A model generated the notes under the pieces. It ran no database searches, was not told the origin of the DNA, and saw nothing but the letters and a program-made list of their open reading frames with translations. Made by a program: the position numbers and the translations under genes. A stretch of 64,000 bases of DNA, from contig JBBIRR010000002.1 in NCBI GenBank assembly GCA_037441705.1, positions 32,001 to 96,000 of the forward strand, written 5' to 3'. Positions within the stretch are counted from its first letter, which is position 1. Each line of letters opens with the position of its first letter. Positions 45,906-57,159 of the stretch are shown piece after piece. This DNA comes from Ignavibacteriales bacterium (GTDB lineage: Bacteria > Bacteroidota > Ignavibacteria > UBA10030 > UBA6906).

Positions 45906-48826
45906 GCAACGAACATCAGCTTGAGGAAACATCATCGCAGGCGCTTGACCGCCGGTCGTTCCTAAAGCTTGCCGGCTTTTCTTTCGCGGGGGCAGTCGTT
46001 GCCGGATGCCGGAAGAGGAACGTAGAGAAAGCCATCCCGTTTCTGGTGCAGCCGGAGGAGGTGACGCCCGGTCGTGCCTACTGGTATGCCACGACGTGTG
46101 CGGGCTGCAATGCCGGCTGCGGCGTGATGGCAAAATGTCGAGACGGTCGGCCGATCAAGCTCGAAGGCAATCCCGCGCATCCGCTCTCCGGCGGCGGATT
46201 GTGCGCTGTCGGCCAGGCGTCGCTGCTCGGGCTGTACGATTCCCATCGCTTGAAGAACCCGCTCATCAATGGTCGCGAAGTGAGCTGGGAGCAGTTCGAT
46301 GCAGAAGTACGGCGCGAACTTGCGCGCATCAAGAACGAAGCAGGCGCGGTGCGCTTCCTGACCGGGACGATCACGAGTCCCACCGCCCGTGCTGTCATCC
46401 GCCGGTTTCTCAGCGACTTCAAGGACGCACGCCATGTTGAGTACGACGCCGTTTCCTGCTCGGCGATTCTCGATGCGCACGCGATCACGCACGGAAGACG
46501 TGTTCTGCCGCGCTATCGGTTCGATCAAGCATCCGTCATCGTCAGTTTCGATGCGGACTTTTTGGGAAATTGGATTTCCCCTACTGAGTTCACGAAGGGA
46601 TATCGCGCAGGGCGGACGCTCGAGGGAAACCCGCCACGCTGCTCGCATCATGTTCACTTCGAGCCGCGCGTCTCGCTTACGGGCAGCAACGCCGACGAGC
46701 GCATCTGTCTCTCGCCCGCCGAGATGGAAGAATGCCTCAAGCGTCTTGCACAGCTTCTGGCTGAAGCCTCCGGCAAGACTCTTCCCACAGCGGCGTCACT
46801 CTCTCTCGATCTTGAAAGACGAGTCTCGGAGACTGCCCAACGTATCCTTCATGCGCACGGGAAAAGCATCGTCGCTTGTGGAGTGAATAGCCGGTCGCAC
46901 CAGGTGTTGGTCAACGCTATCAACGAGATGGCCGGAGCATACGGGCGGACGATAGACATTCAGCAGCCGTCCTATCAATACAATGGAGACGACGCGGAGC
47001 TGATTCGGGTTGTGGATGATGTACACGCCGGGCGCGTTGCGGCGCTCTTTATCGCCGGAGCGAACCCCGTCTATGATCTGCCCGATGGCGACGCGCTCGC
47101 CGCAAGCTTCAAGAAGATCCCGCTGCTGATAAGCTTTGCCGATCGTGTGGATGAAACTGCAAGCGCAGCCCGGTATGTCTGTCCGCAGCCGCATGCGTTG
47201 GAAGCGTGGACGGACTATGAAGTCGTAGACGGCCTTGTTGCCGTCGGGCAGCCGACGATCCCGCCGCTGATGAATACGCGCCATCTGATCGAAACCCTCA
47301 GCGCGTGGATGGGCACGACAGAGTCCGCACTCGATCTCATTCGTCGTGAGTGGGAACGAACAATCTTCAAGCGCCAATCGCAGGAACGTTCATTCGATGC
47401 GTTCTGGAACGCGACGTTGGAGCGAGGCTTTGCCGAAGTGCAACCGACGCGAGCTGCGGCACCCGCCTTCCGCTATGCTTCAGTTGGTGAGGCTCTCGCA
47501 GCGAACGAACAGCACACGGCCGCGCAATCCGGGTTGACGCTTCTTCTCTATCCGTCATTTTCAATGTTGGATGGGCGGCATGCACACAATCCCTGGCTGC
47601 ACGAACTCCCCGATCCGATTACCAAGGTGGTGTGGGACAACACGGTTTCGCTTTCGCGCAACGCAGCTCATCGCTTTGGGATCGAAGAGGGGGACATTGT
47701 CCGCATCCAGCTCGACGGGAGAACGCTCGATCTTCCTGCGGTCATCCAGCCGGGCCAGCACGACTCGGTTGTGGTTGTATCGCTCGGCTACGGTCGAAAG
47801 GGTACCGAACGTTTTACTGATGTCGGCCCATCGTGGCTTCAGGCAAAGCCGACGGTTCAACCGGGAGAGAGAGTCGGAAAGAATGCCGCGCCGTTCCTAC
47901 GCTTCGCGCACGGTACGCTGACGTACATGGCCGGGGGAGTCGCGCTGCAGGTAACGGGCGCGAAGGGTTTTCTCGCGAAGACGCAGGAGTACAACCTGCT
48001 CACCGATCCGCAGCTTCTCGGCACACGCTCGATCACCCGACCGATCGTCCAGCAGACGACACTCGAAGCGTACACGCGGGACCGAGCCGCAGGCAGCTTC
48101 CACAAAGAGCAGCTCGATTCGATGTGGCCCGACGACCATAAGTACACGGGATATCATTGGGGGATGGTGATTGATCTGAACGCGTGCACAGGGTGTTCGG
48201 CATGCGTGATTGCCTGTCAGGCGGAGAACAACATTCCGGTTGTGGGGAAGGACGAAGTTCGCCGCAACAGAGAGATGGCGTGGATTCGTATCGATCGCTA
48301 CTACGCAGACGAAGGGGAGAACTTTGCTGTCGTTCAGCAACCGGTGCTGTGCCAGCACTGTGCGCACGCGCCGTGCGAGACGGTCTGCCCGGTGCTGGCA
48401 ACAGTTCACAACGAAGAAGGATTGAACCAGCAGATCTACAACCGATGTGTCGGAACGCGCTATTGTGCCAACAACTGTCCCTACAAGGTCCGACGATTCA
48501 ATTGGTTCCAGTACCGCCACGGGGACGAGATACACAAGATGGTGCTCAACCCCGACGTCACGCCGCTGGTATCCGTGCCGGCATTCGTGCCTGTAACATT
48601 CGAGGTGATGGTGCTCTTTGCAGGCGTCGGCACGGTGCTGACGTTTCTTCTGCGCAGCAAACTCTTTCCGGGCAAGAAACCTCGCGTCGTGTATGAGGGA
48701 GTAACGGACGATCGTTTTGTCCTTGTTCTTGCCGAGTCGGATGCGTCATTTGATCTGCAGAAGGTGAAAGAGATGTTTCGTCCGTTCCATCCGCTGCACA
48801 TGGAAGAGCATCTGGATACGGCTTGA
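45902..48826 (+). pseudogene. actB: Alternative complex III ActB fused in frame to the C-terminal half of ActD (internal deletion removing the end of actB, actC and the start of actD)
   Basis: Tat/lipoprotein DRRSFLK...AGC; GRPIKLEGNP, NPWL.ELPDP, CTGCSAC, CQHC..APC, CVGTRYCANNCPYK. After LNPDVT it switches to PAFVPVTFE...TDDRF (ActD/DUF3341); the KCxFC motif is missing. Confidence 0.8.
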
Positions 48827-48840
48827 TGCGGAGACAGCCC

Positions 48841-49428
48841 ATGGCTATTAGAGTCCTGAATATTCTGCTGCTTGTTTTGCTTGTTGTGATGATGGGCGTG
48901 ATCTTCTTTGTGCGGCGCGACTACACGACACGCAACGTTGAGTTGCTGCCCGGCATGGTGAGCTACGTCGCCTACCGGCCGCAAGCCCCAACCCCGCTCT
49001 CTGTCGATCGTTCGCCGATCGTCGAAGGCACGGTGGTGCATGGATTCGAGCGTTTTCCGTACCGGGCCACGCCCGAGGATGCCGCGCGTGCGGGACTGGA
49101 GCTGAGCAGTCCGCTGCATCCGAAGGACAGCACGGCCGATCGGCAGCGCGGCGCCGAGGTCTTCGCAACTATGTGCAAGCCATGTCATGGCGCCGGAGGA
49201 GCAGGCGATGGGACCGTTGCCCAGCGCGGCTTCCCGCCGCCGCCGTCACTGCTCGCCGACAATGCGCGCAAGATAAAGGATGGGCAAATCTACCACATTA
49301 TCACTCTCGGTCAACGAAACATGCCGGGCCTGGCGGCGCAGGTTACGCGTTTAGACCGATGGCGTGTGATCGAGTACGTTCGGTCTCTGCAGCGGCAGTC
49401 AATTCCGACGGCGGGAGGGTCGCGATGA
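48841..49428 (+). CDS. actE: ACIII monoheme cytochrome c subunit ActE-like
   Basis: GTV, CKPCHG..G.GDG.V..RGFPPP, DGQIYH.I, MP, DRW.VI.YVR.LQ. Confidence 0.82.
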   Translation: MAIRVLNILLLVLLVVMMGVIFFVRRDYTTRNVELLPGMVSYVAYRPQAPTPLSVDRSPIVEGTVVHGFERFPYRATPEDAARAGLELSSPLHPKDSTADRQRGAEVFATMCKPCHGAGGAGDGTVAQRGFPPPPSLLADNARKIKDGQIYHIITLGQRNMPGLAAQVTRLDRWRVIEYVRSLQRQSIPTAGGSR

Positions 49429-50609
49429 ATACCAACAATCACACACCCCGCACGTTCAGGATGTCCGATCGCATGCAAAAAAACTTGCTGATGCTGCTTC
49501 TGCTGGGCGGTGCCGTCACACTTGCCGGTCTTGTGCTGGCGCCGGAGCGTACGTGGCCCAATGTGTTGCTTGCCAATTACTATCTGATGAGCTTAGGACT
49601 CGCGGCGGCAATCTTCATTGCCCTGCTCTACGTCTCCAACGCCGGCTGGGCAACGGGGATTCGACGTGTGCCGGAAGCGATGACCGCCGTGCTTCTGGTT
49701 TCTGCAATCGTCATGCTCGCGCTCTTGTTCGGTATTCACGTGCTGTACGAGTGGAGTCATGAGACAGCGGTGGCGCACGATCGCATTCTGCAGGCGAAGG
49801 CGGGGTGGCTGAACACTCCCTTTTTCATCGGCCGCACGATCGCCTACCTTGCTCTATGGCTGGCGCTGGCGTACCGCATCGTCCGCCTCTTGCGCCGGCA
49901 GGATGAGGATGGAAGCGTTGAATATACCCTTACCAACAGAAAACTCTCCGCGTTCTTCCTCGTCGTGTTTGCACTCACGTTCACGCTTGCCAGCATGGAT
50001 TGGATCATGTCGCTTCAGCCGCATTGGTACAGCACCATCTTCGGCATTTACAATTTCAGCGGATTGTTCCTGAACGGCATCGCGACCATCACCGTCCTGG
50101 TTATTCTTCTTCGGCGGTGGGGTCCTCTGGCGCACGTGGTCTCCGACGCGCATCTGCATGATCTCGGCAAACTTGTCTTCGCCTTCAGCACATTCTGGAT
50201 GTACATCTGGTTCAGTCAGTACATTCTGATCTGGTATGCCAACATCCCCGAAGAAGTTCGCTTCTACACCGCCCGCGAGGAAGGAGGCTGGCTGGTCTTC
50301 TCCATTGTCAATGTGGTGTTCAACTGGGTGATTCCCTTCATTACCTTACTTCCTGTCTGGGCGAAGAAGAACGAGGGCCTGCTGCTGCGGGTTTGTATCA
50401 TCGTCATGCTCGGGCACTGGATTGACCTGTTCTGGATGATTCTTCCGCCGTTCATGAAAGGAAATCCGCGCGTGTTCGTGTGGGAGATTGCCCCCATGGC
50501 GGCGATGCTGGCCGGGTTCTTCCTTCTTACCTTCAAGGCTCTTGCGAAGCATCGCCTTGTGCCCGTGAGCGACCCGTACCTGGCGGAAAGTCTCTCCGTC
50601 CATCAGTAG
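49425..50609 (+). CDS. actF: ACIII membrane subunit ActF
   Basis: LYEW, K.GWLN.PFF, DWIMSL.PHWYSTIFG, HLHDLGK, YIWFSQY.LIWYANIPEE, DPYL.ES. Confidence 0.88.
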   Translation: MNTNNHTPRTFRMSDRMQKNLLMLLLLGGAVTLAGLVLAPERTWPNVLLANYYLMSLGLAAAIFIALLYVSNAGWATGIRRVPEAMTAVLLVSAIVMLALLFGIHVLYEWSHETAVAHDRILQAKAGWLNTPFFIGRTIAYLALWLALAYRIVRLLRRQDEDGSVEYTLTNRKLSAFFLVVFALTFTLASMDWIMSLQPHWYSTIFGIYNFSGLFLNGIATITVLVILLRRWGPLAHVVSDAHLHDLGKLVFAFSTFWMYIWFSQYILIWYANIPEEVRFYTAREEGGWLVFSIVNVVFNWVIPFITLLPVWAKKNEGLLLRVCIIVMLGHWIDLFWMILPPFMKGNPRVFVWEIAPMAAMLAGFFLLTFKALAKHRLVPVSDPYLAESLSVHQ

Positions 50610-50672
50610 GAACGAAGTCTCCGCCTGCTCATGTCATGGATGCTCGGATGCCACCCCGAGCGGAAGCGTTGA

Positions 50673-50701
50673 TTGACTTTTCTGCAGCCTTTTGGTAATT
50701 T
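50673..50701 (+). promoter_or_regulatory. Promoter of the psd operon
   Basis: TTGACT-N17-TAATTT. Confidence 0.55.
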
Positions 50702-50744
50702 GATTGCGGTTTTTCCGAGTGTGCTCTCTTAGAAAAGGAATCCG

Positions 50745-51398
50745 TTGGCGATTACCAAATACGGCTATGATGTTGTGCTGGTCGTCCTCCTTCTTGCCCT
50801 TGCGGGCGCGTTCCTCAGCTGGCATTTCATAGAAGGCAAGCCGCTGAGGTTCGGACTTCTCGGCCTGCTGCTTGCCGTGGTCGTGTTCACAGTGAATTTT
50901 TTTCGTGATCCCGAGCGAGTCATACCGCAGGACGACAGGCTCATCCTCGCGCCGGCCGATGGTAAGGTCGTGCTGATTCAAGAAGTGAAGGAAGACGAAT
51001 ACCTCGGCACGGATGCCGTTCAGGTTTCCATCTTCATGTCACCCCTCGATGTCCACGTCAACCGCTATCCGATTTCTGGCAGGGTGGGCTATTTCAAATA
51101 CTTCCCGGGCGAGTACCTTGTTGCGTACGAGGAGAAGGCGTCGCTGCGAAACGAACGGACACACATCGGCATTGAGAATGGAACATGCAAAGTCCTCTTC
51201 AAGCAAATAGCCGGATTTGTTGCGCGCAGAATTGTCGCCCCCATACAGGTCGGCGACGTCGCACAGGCAGGTGAGCGGTTTGGCATGATTCGGTTCGGTT
51301 CACGGGTTGACGTGCTGATGCCAAAATCCGTGGTGGTTAAAGTGAAAGTCGGCGACAGAACGGTGGCGGGGGAAACAGTCTTGGCGGTGATAGCTTGA
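50745..51398 (+). CDS. psd: Phosphatidylserine decarboxylase proenzyme (short type)
   Basis: FFRDPER, APADG, IFMSP.DVHVNR, NER, FGSRVD. Confidence 0.93.
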   Translation: MAITKYGYDVVLVVLLLALAGAFLSWHFIEGKPLRFGLLGLLLAVVVFTVNFFRDPERVIPQDDRLILAPADGKVVLIQEVKEDEYLGTDAVQVSIFMSPLDVHVNRYPISGRVGYFKYFPGEYLVAYEEKASLRNERTHIGIENGTCKVLFKQIAGFVARRIVAPIQVGDVAQAGERFGMIRFGSRVDVLMPKSVVVKVKVGDRTVAGETVLAVIA

Positions 51399-51429
51399 CC
51401 ATGTCCACCATCTTGATGATGAGAAAGCC

Positions 51430-52209
51430 ATGAGAATCACGCGAGCAGTTGTTCCGAGCCTCTTTACCGTCCTGAACATGTTCTGTGGATTCAATTCCAT
51501 CCTGTATGCATCCAAAGGATGGTTCGAGGGGGCGGCGTGGCTTATTTTTCTGGCGGCCGCCTTCGACGCGTTGGACGGCATTATGGCACGCTTGACCCGA
51601 TCGTCGTCGGAGTTCGGCGTACAGATTGACTCCCTGTCCGACGTTGTTTCCTTCGGGGCCGCGCCGGCCTATCTGGTGTACCAGATGCACCTCTTCTCGC
51701 TTGATACGGTCGGCATTCTTATCAGCTCGTCGCTGCTGGTGTTTGGCGGTCTGCGCCTTGCGCGGTTCAACACGCAGCTTGTCGGGTTCGACAAGGATCA
51801 CTTTGTGGGATTGCCGATCCCCGTCAGTGCCCTCACCGTTGCCGCGTATGTCCTCAAGTACGGCAAAGAGAATCCCCTCACCGGTGGGTACGAGCTGGAC
51901 CATGCCGCGGCCGACATCTTGCCCTGGGTCTGCGTTCTGCTCTCTCTGCTTATGGTCAGTAAGGTGAAGTACGATACGCTGCCGCGTATCAACCGCCGCG
52001 CGATCAAACGCGAGCCATGGAAATTCGTGTTCGCAGTTCTTGCCGTCATTGTGATCGTTGTAACGAGCGGCGATGCGCTTCTGCCGCTCTTCGGTCTGTT
52101 CATCTTTCTCGGCATCGTTCGATATGTAGGCAGCACCATCAAGCGATGGATGCATCACCAGCAGCGCATCGAAGAGGAAGAAGCCGCAGAACCATCGGTG
52201 GATGCATGA
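51430..52209 (+). CDS. pssA: CDP-diacylglycerol--serine O-phosphatidyltransferase
   Basis: FDALDG.MAR, FG.QIDSLSD.VSFG.AP, RLARFN, F.GLP.P. Confidence 0.92.
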   Translation: MRITRAVVPSLFTVLNMFCGFNSILYASKGWFEGAAWLIFLAAAFDALDGIMARLTRSSSEFGVQIDSLSDVVSFGAAPAYLVYQMHLFSLDTVGILISSSLLVFGGLRLARFNTQLVGFDKDHFVGLPIPVSALTVAAYVLKYGKENPLTGGYELDHAAADILPWVCVLLSLLMVSKVKYDTLPRINRRAIKREPWKFVFAVLAVIVIVVTSGDALLPLFGLFIFLGIVRYVGSTIKRWMHHQQRIEEEEAAEPSVDA

Positions 52210-52214
52210 AGGCC

Positions 52215-52475
52215 ATGTATCTGTCGAAGATCCGCGTCACCCTTCGTCCATCTATCCTCGATCCTCAGGGCAAAGCGGTGGAACACGCGATCAGCTCGCT
52301 GGGTGTCGGCAATATTCAGGATGTACGGATCGGAAAATATATTGAAATGAAGGTGAACGCAGCGGACGAGGCGGCGGCACGAACAGCAACAGAGGAGGTA
52401 TGCCGCAAGCTGTTAGCAAATCCCGTGATGGAAGATTATCATTTTGAAGTAGAGAAATTGCAGGCAGCGGAATGA
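52215..52475 (+). CDS. purS: Phosphoribosylformylglycinamidine synthase subunit PurS
   Basis: [19 protein letters not shown]. Confidence 0.93.
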   Translation: MYLSKIRVTLRPSILDPQGKAVEHAISSLGVGNIQDVRIGKYIEMKVNAADEAAARTATEEVCRKLLANPVMEDYHFEVEKLQAAE

Positions 52476-53233
52476 CCCGACGAGGGAACGCAGAAGCCAG
52501 CGTCAAATTCGGCATCGTCGTCTTTCCCGGTTCCAACTGCGATCACGACGCGTATCACGTGTGCAAGCACGTGATGAAGCAGGACGCCGTGTTTTTATGG
52601 CATAAAGATGCAGATCTGAAGGGTGTGGATGTCGTGATTCTGCCGGGAGGTTTTTCCTACGGCGACTATCTTCGCTGCGGCGCAATCGCTCGCTTTTCAC
52701 CCATTATGAAAGAGGTGATTCGCTTTGCGAACGAGGGCGGAACGGTTCTCGGCATCTGTAACGGTTTCCAGATTCTCGTCGAAGCGGGATTGCTGCCGGG
52801 CGTCCTGTTGAAAAATGCATCGCTGCGGTTCGTGTGCAAGTTCGTGCATCTGCGCGTCGAGAATGATACAACCCGCTTCACCAATCGGACCGTGCGGGGA
52901 GAGGTCTTGCACATTCCCATCGCGCATGGCGACGGGAATTATTTTACCGACCCCGAGACGCTGGCACGCCTCGAGAGCAATAATCAGATAATTTTCCGAT
53001 ATTGTACCCCGGAGGGAGAGGTTACCGAGGAGGCAAACCCGAATGGTTCGCTTGCCAACATTGCCGGCATTATCAACGCCACGGGCAATGTTCTGGGTAT
53101 GATGCCGCACCCCGAGCGAGCCGCTGATCCTCTTCTGCGGCACACGGACGGGCAAAAGATCTTTAAGTCACTGATTGACCACTTTGTGCCGGGCGAGCAC
53201 GCCTTTGCTGAGACCGGCGCGGAAAGGAGATGA
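52472..53233 (+). CDS. purQ: Phosphoribosylformylglycinamidine synthase subunit PurQ
   Basis: [32 protein letters not shown]. Confidence 0.96.
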   Translation: MTRRGNAEASVKFGIVVFPGSNCDHDAYHVCKHVMKQDAVFLWHKDADLKGVDVVILPGGFSYGDYLRCGAIARFSPIMKEVIRFANEGGTVLGICNGFQILVEAGLLPGVLLKNASLRFVCKFVHLRVENDTTRFTNRTVRGEVLHIPIAHGDGNYFTDPETLARLESNNQIIFRYCTPEGEVTEEANPNGSLANIAGIINATGNVLGMMPHPERAADPLLRHTDGQKIFKSLIDHFVPGEHAFAETGAERR

Positions 53234-53237
53234 TACG

Positions 53238-53432
53238 ATGGGCAACTTAGGCGCGACCGAAATCATCCTGATCGTTCTGGTGATACTCGTGTTCTTTGGC
53301 GCGAAGAAAATTCCCGACCTGGCGCGCGGACTCGGACAGGGGATTCGCGAGTTCAAGAAAGCCACCAAGGAAGTTTCCGACGGCGTAGAAGAAGAAGTCA
53401 AGAAGCTTGATGAAACTGTGAAGAAATCGTAA
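53238..53432 (+). CDS. tatA: Twin-arginine translocase TatA
   Basis: E...LV.FGAKKIP.LARGLG.GIREFK. Confidence 0.92.
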   Translation: MGNLGATEIILIVLVILVFFGAKKIPDLARGLGQGIREFKKATKEVSDGVEEEVKKLDETVKKS

Positions 53433-53453
53433 ACAAGGGTGGGAAGGCAAGCC

Positions 53454-53639
53454 ATGTTTGAAAACATCGGCGGCACGGAGCTGTTAGTCATTCTGCTGGT
53501 GGTGTTCATCTTTTTCGGACCGAAGAAACTGCCGGAGATCGGAAGAAGTCTCGGTCGAAGTATCGTCGAGTTTCGCAAAGCAATGCGCGGCATCCAGTCC
53601 GATATCGAAAACGCGACAAAGCCGGAAAAGAAACCGTAG
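53454..53639 (+). CDS. Twin-arginine translocase TatA/TatB family
   Basis: EL...FFGPKKLPEIGRSLG...EFRK. Confidence 0.88.
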   Translation: MFENIGGTELLVILLVVFIFFGPKKLPEIGRSLGRSIVEFRKAMRGIQSDIENATKPEKKP

Positions 53640-53754
53640 CCGACTCCTGGTAGGCACCTGAATCAACGGACGAGGCTCCCGGCCATCGTCCGGAGTGCGA
53701 GCGAAGAATCTTCGTGCGGGTCCTCCGAACCTTCCCCCATAACCTCAGATCCGA

Positions 53755-55185
53755 TTGGCTGAACGTACAACCTTCAACATAACCCTGGAGAACCTCAGGA
53801 CAGGGGCAACGACGGTCGAACACACTACCGAACTGTTTCTCGCCGCCATTGAACAGAAGAAACGCCTGAACGCGTTTCTTTCTGTTTTTGCCGACGAGGC
53901 TCTTGAACGCGCGCGGGTGATTGACAGGAAGCGCGCCGCCGGCACAGCAGGTCCGCTTGCCGGAATGATCCTTGCTGTGAAGGACAATATCTGCATCAAG
54001 AACCATCCGGTAACGTGCGGCTCACGCATCTTGCAGAACTTCACCTCCGTGTACGATGCGACGGTGATTAGACGCCTGCTCGACGCCGATGCGGTTATCA
54101 TCGGCACGACGAACATGGACGAGTTTGGCATGGGATCGTCAACCGAAAACTCGGCATTCGGTCCGGTTCGTCATCCTTTTGATGAAATGAAAGTGCCGGG
54201 TGGTTCCAGCGGAGGCTCGGCGGTTGCGGTCGCGGCCGGCATGGCGCACGCGGCGCTCGGCTCCGATACGGGCGGCTCCATCCGCCAGCCCGCGTCCTTC
54301 TGCGGCATTGTGGGCCTGAAGCCGACCTACGGGCGCGTGTCGCGGTATGGACTTGTTGCTCTTGCATCCTCCTTCGACCAGATCGGTCCGTTAGCGCACT
54401 GCGCTGCAGATGCTGCACACGTCCTGAACGTCATCGCCGGCCACGATCCGATGGACTCCACCTCTGCCGATGTGCCCGTACCCGACTATCTCTCGTTTCT
54501 CACCGGCGATGTGAGGGGAGTGAGGATCGGCCTGCCGAAGGAAAGTCTTGGCCAGGGACTGCATGACGATGTACGCGCGGCCGTCGAGCGGTGCTGCGAC
54601 ATGCTGCGAGAGGGTGGAGCTGAGCTCGTGGATGTGAGTCTTCCGCATTCGGAGTACACCATTTCGACCTACTACATTCTCATGACGGCAGAGGCCTCGT
54701 CGAATCTTGCACGATACGATGGTGCTCGCTACGGCTATCGTGCTTCCGCTGTGCGTGACCTGAACGACATGTACGTACGCTCGCGCAGCGAAGGCTTCGG
54801 CGTGGAAGTAAAACGTCGCATCATGCTCGGAACGTACGTCCTGTCTGCCGGCTATTACGAAGCCTACTATCGCAAAGCGCAGAAAGTCAGGCGCCTGATT
54901 CAGCGCGATTTTCTCGACGCGTTTGCCCGGGTCGACTGCATGCTCATGCCCACCGCACCCACGACGGCATTTACGCTGGGTGAAAAGATTGATGATCCGC
55001 TGGCGATGTATCTATCGGATATCTATACGGTATCGGCGAATCTTGCGGGCATTCCGGCCATTAGTGTGCCGTGCGACAGCGATCGCAACGGATTACCGAT
55101 CGGCGTGCAGATTTTAGGGAAACCGTTTGATGAAGGCATGATCCTGCAAGTGGCGTCGTACCTGGAAGCAAGGAACCGCGCATAG
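53755..55185 (+). CDS. gatA: Asp-tRNA(Asn)/Glu-tRNA(Gln) amidotransferase subunit A
   Basis: [40 protein letters not shown]. Confidence 0.96.
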   Translation: MAERTTFNITLENLRTGATTVEHTTELFLAAIEQKKRLNAFLSVFADEALERARVIDRKRAAGTAGPLAGMILAVKDNICIKNHPVTCGSRILQNFTSVYDATVIRRLLDADAVIIGTTNMDEFGMGSSTENSAFGPVRHPFDEMKVPGGSSGGSAVAVAAGMAHAALGSDTGGSIRQPASFCGIVGLKPTYGRVSRYGLVALASSFDQIGPLAHCAADAAHVLNVIAGHDPMDSTSADVPVPDYLSFLTGDVRGVRIGLPKESLGQGLHDDVRAAVERCCDMLREGGAELVDVSLPHSEYTISTYYILMTAEASSNLARYDGARYGYRASAVRDLNDMYVRSRSEGFGVEVKRRIMLGTYVLSAGYYEAYYRKAQKVRRLIQRDFLDAFARVDCMLMPTAPTTAFTLGEKIDDPLAMYLSDIYTVSANLAGIPAISVPCDSDRNGLPIGVQILGKPFDEGMILQVASYLEARNRA

Positions 55186-55375
55186 CTGTGTCATCGTGGG
55201 GCAACAGACAGATACACTGGTCCAGAATTGTTCAACGAGCTGAACAATAAATACCGTTACGAATGCTCTGCTCGGTGTGAACCTTGCGCGACGAACGTTC
55301 GAAGAAACCTGCACGCAGTGCCACAGCACGAGGAACGTGGAGCGCACGCCTCCTGCATCGGTCGACGAAAGCTAA
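55186..55375 (+). pseudogene. Possible cytochrome c gene remnant
   Basis: LCHRG... then, after a one-base shift, LARRTFEETCTQCHSTRNVE (CTQCH at 55310-55324); no start codon. Confidence 0.4.
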
Positions 55376-55446
55376 CCCGAGTCGTTCGTTTCAAATCCAG
55401 CATCCAGAAATCAAAATCCTGAATTAACCACAAGAGGGAAACAAGC

Positions 55447-56442
55447 ATGAGTATACTCGTCAATAAGAACACGAAAGTTGTTGTGCAGGGAATTACAGGA
55501 GGTGAGGGAACCTTTCATACATCGCAGATGCTTGCCTACGGCACAAACGTGGTCGCCGGCGTCACGCCGGGCAAAGGCGGCACGATGTATCAAGGGAACG
55601 AGAAAGATCAATTCACTCGACCGGTGCCGGTCTTCAACACCGTCGCAGAGGCAGTAGAGCGAACGGGAGCGGATTGCTCCGTGATTTTTGTGCCGGCGGC
55701 CTTCGCAGCCGATGCGATTATGGAGGCTGCCGCCGCGGGTCTGAAGGTGGTCGTGTGCATTACGGAAGGAATTCCGGCGAAGGACATGGTGAAAGCGTAT
55801 GAATATGTGAAGAAGAACGGCACCGTCCTGATTGGTCCCAACTGTCCCGGCATCATAACGCCGGGCGAGTGCAAAGTCGGCATCATGCCGGGGTTTATCC
55901 ATAAGAAGGGACGGGTCGGCGTTATCTCGCGCAGCGGTACGTTGACGTACGAAGCGGTGAACCAGTTGAGCGAACTGGGCATCGGACAGTCCACCTGCAT
56001 CGGCATCGGCGGCGATCCGGTGATCGGGACGCGGTTTGTGGATGCGATCAAGCTGTTCAACGAGGATAGCGGTACCGATGCAATCATCATGATTGGCGAG
56101 ATCGGCGGCACGGCCGAAGAGGAAGCGGCGGCCTATATCAAGAAGCACGTGAAGAAGCCGGTGGTAGGATTCATCGCCGGACGCACGGCTCCGCCCGGAC
56201 GTCGCATGGGACATGCTGGTGCCATCATCGCCGGCGGCAAGGGAACGGCGCAGGAGAAGATGGAAGCTATGCGCAAAGCGGGTATCACGGTTGTCGAGTC
56301 ACCTGCCTTGATCGGTGAGACGATGCAGAAGGTGCTGATCAGGAAAGGCTTGCTGAAGAAGAACACCCGCGCCGTCACCAAGAAAAAATCCAAGCAGTCG
56401 AAGCAGACAAAGCGCAGCGCGAGAAAGACGAGAAGGAAGTAA
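55447..56442 (+). CDS. sucD: Succinyl-CoA synthetase alpha subunit
   Basis: [40 protein letters not shown]. Confidence 0.97.
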   Translation: MSILVNKNTKVVVQGITGGEGTFHTSQMLAYGTNVVAGVTPGKGGTMYQGNEKDQFTRPVPVFNTVAEAVERTGADCSVIFVPAAFAADAIMEAAAAGLKVVVCITEGIPAKDMVKAYEYVKKNGTVLIGPNCPGIITPGECKVGIMPGFIHKKGRVGVISRSGTLTYEAVNQLSELGIGQSTCIGIGGDPVIGTRFVDAIKLFNEDSGTDAIIMIGEIGGTAEEEAAAYIKKHVKKPVVGFIAGRTAPPGRRMGHAGAIIAGGKGTAQEKMEAMRKAGITVVESPALIGETMQKVLIRKGLLKKNTRAVTKKKSKQSKQTKRSARKTRRK

Positions 56443-56545
56443 TGCCTGGCGGCACGCGAGGTCAACGGAACTGTATGAACTCAGTATGAAGAAGCGTGCA
56501 GAGGACCTAATTCACTATCTCCCCAACAACCAAAAAGGTGACGCG

Positions 56546-57124
56546 ATGAAAAACGTTGTGATCGGGGCGCTGGTAGCGGCGGTGGTGGTGTTTGTGTATC
56601 AGGCGATGTCGTGGATGGTGCTGCCGTTTCATGCCAACACGTTGAAGTATACGCCGCAGCAGGATGCCATCCTTGCTGCGTTGACTGGCAACCTTCAGGA
56701 AGATGGTGTGTATGCCGTGCCCAACCTTCCGCCGGGCAGCACGCAGGAACAGTACTCGGAGTTCGACAAGAGCATGATCGGCAAACCCTCGGCGATTGTG
56801 CACTTTGATGCACGATATGAAGGCATGATGACGTCGCAGTTTGTATGGGGGTTCATCATTGACTTCGTTGCCGCGTTCATCGTCGGTTACGTGATGTGGA
56901 CGGCTCGTACGACACTTGCCGGTTTCGGCGCGCGCGTGCTGCTTGCGTTCGCATTCGCTCTCTTCACCGTCTTTCAGAGTTCGCTTATGATGGCGAACTG
57001 GTGGCAGACACCGTGGCATTATCTTTCCGGCGAAATCATCGACCATCTGCTCGGCTGGCTGATCGCAGGCGTGTGGCTTGCGTGGTGGATGGGACGATCA
57101 TCGCCTGCACCATCAGCTTCATAA
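56546..57124 (+). CDS. Hypothetical membrane protein (4 TM)
   Basis: Four hydrophobic helices; SW.VLP.H and GVY..P segments. Confidence 0.75.
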   Translation: MKNVVIGALVAAVVVFVYQAMSWMVLPFHANTLKYTPQQDAILAALTGNLQEDGVYAVPNLPPGSTQEQYSEFDKSMIGKPSAIVHFDARYEGMMTSQFVWGFIIDFVAAFIVGYVMWTARTTLAGFGARVLLAFAFALFTVFQSSLMMANWWQTPWHYLSGEIIDHLLGWLIAGVWLAWWMGRSSPAPSAS

Positions 57125-57159
57125 TTCTTTACAACAAATCATTTCAACACAGGAGTATC

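Noticed and set aside
55391-55425. Short heptamer-like repeats (AATCCAG CATCCAG AAATCAA AATCCTG) before sucD
   Set aside because: Too short and degenerate to support a function.
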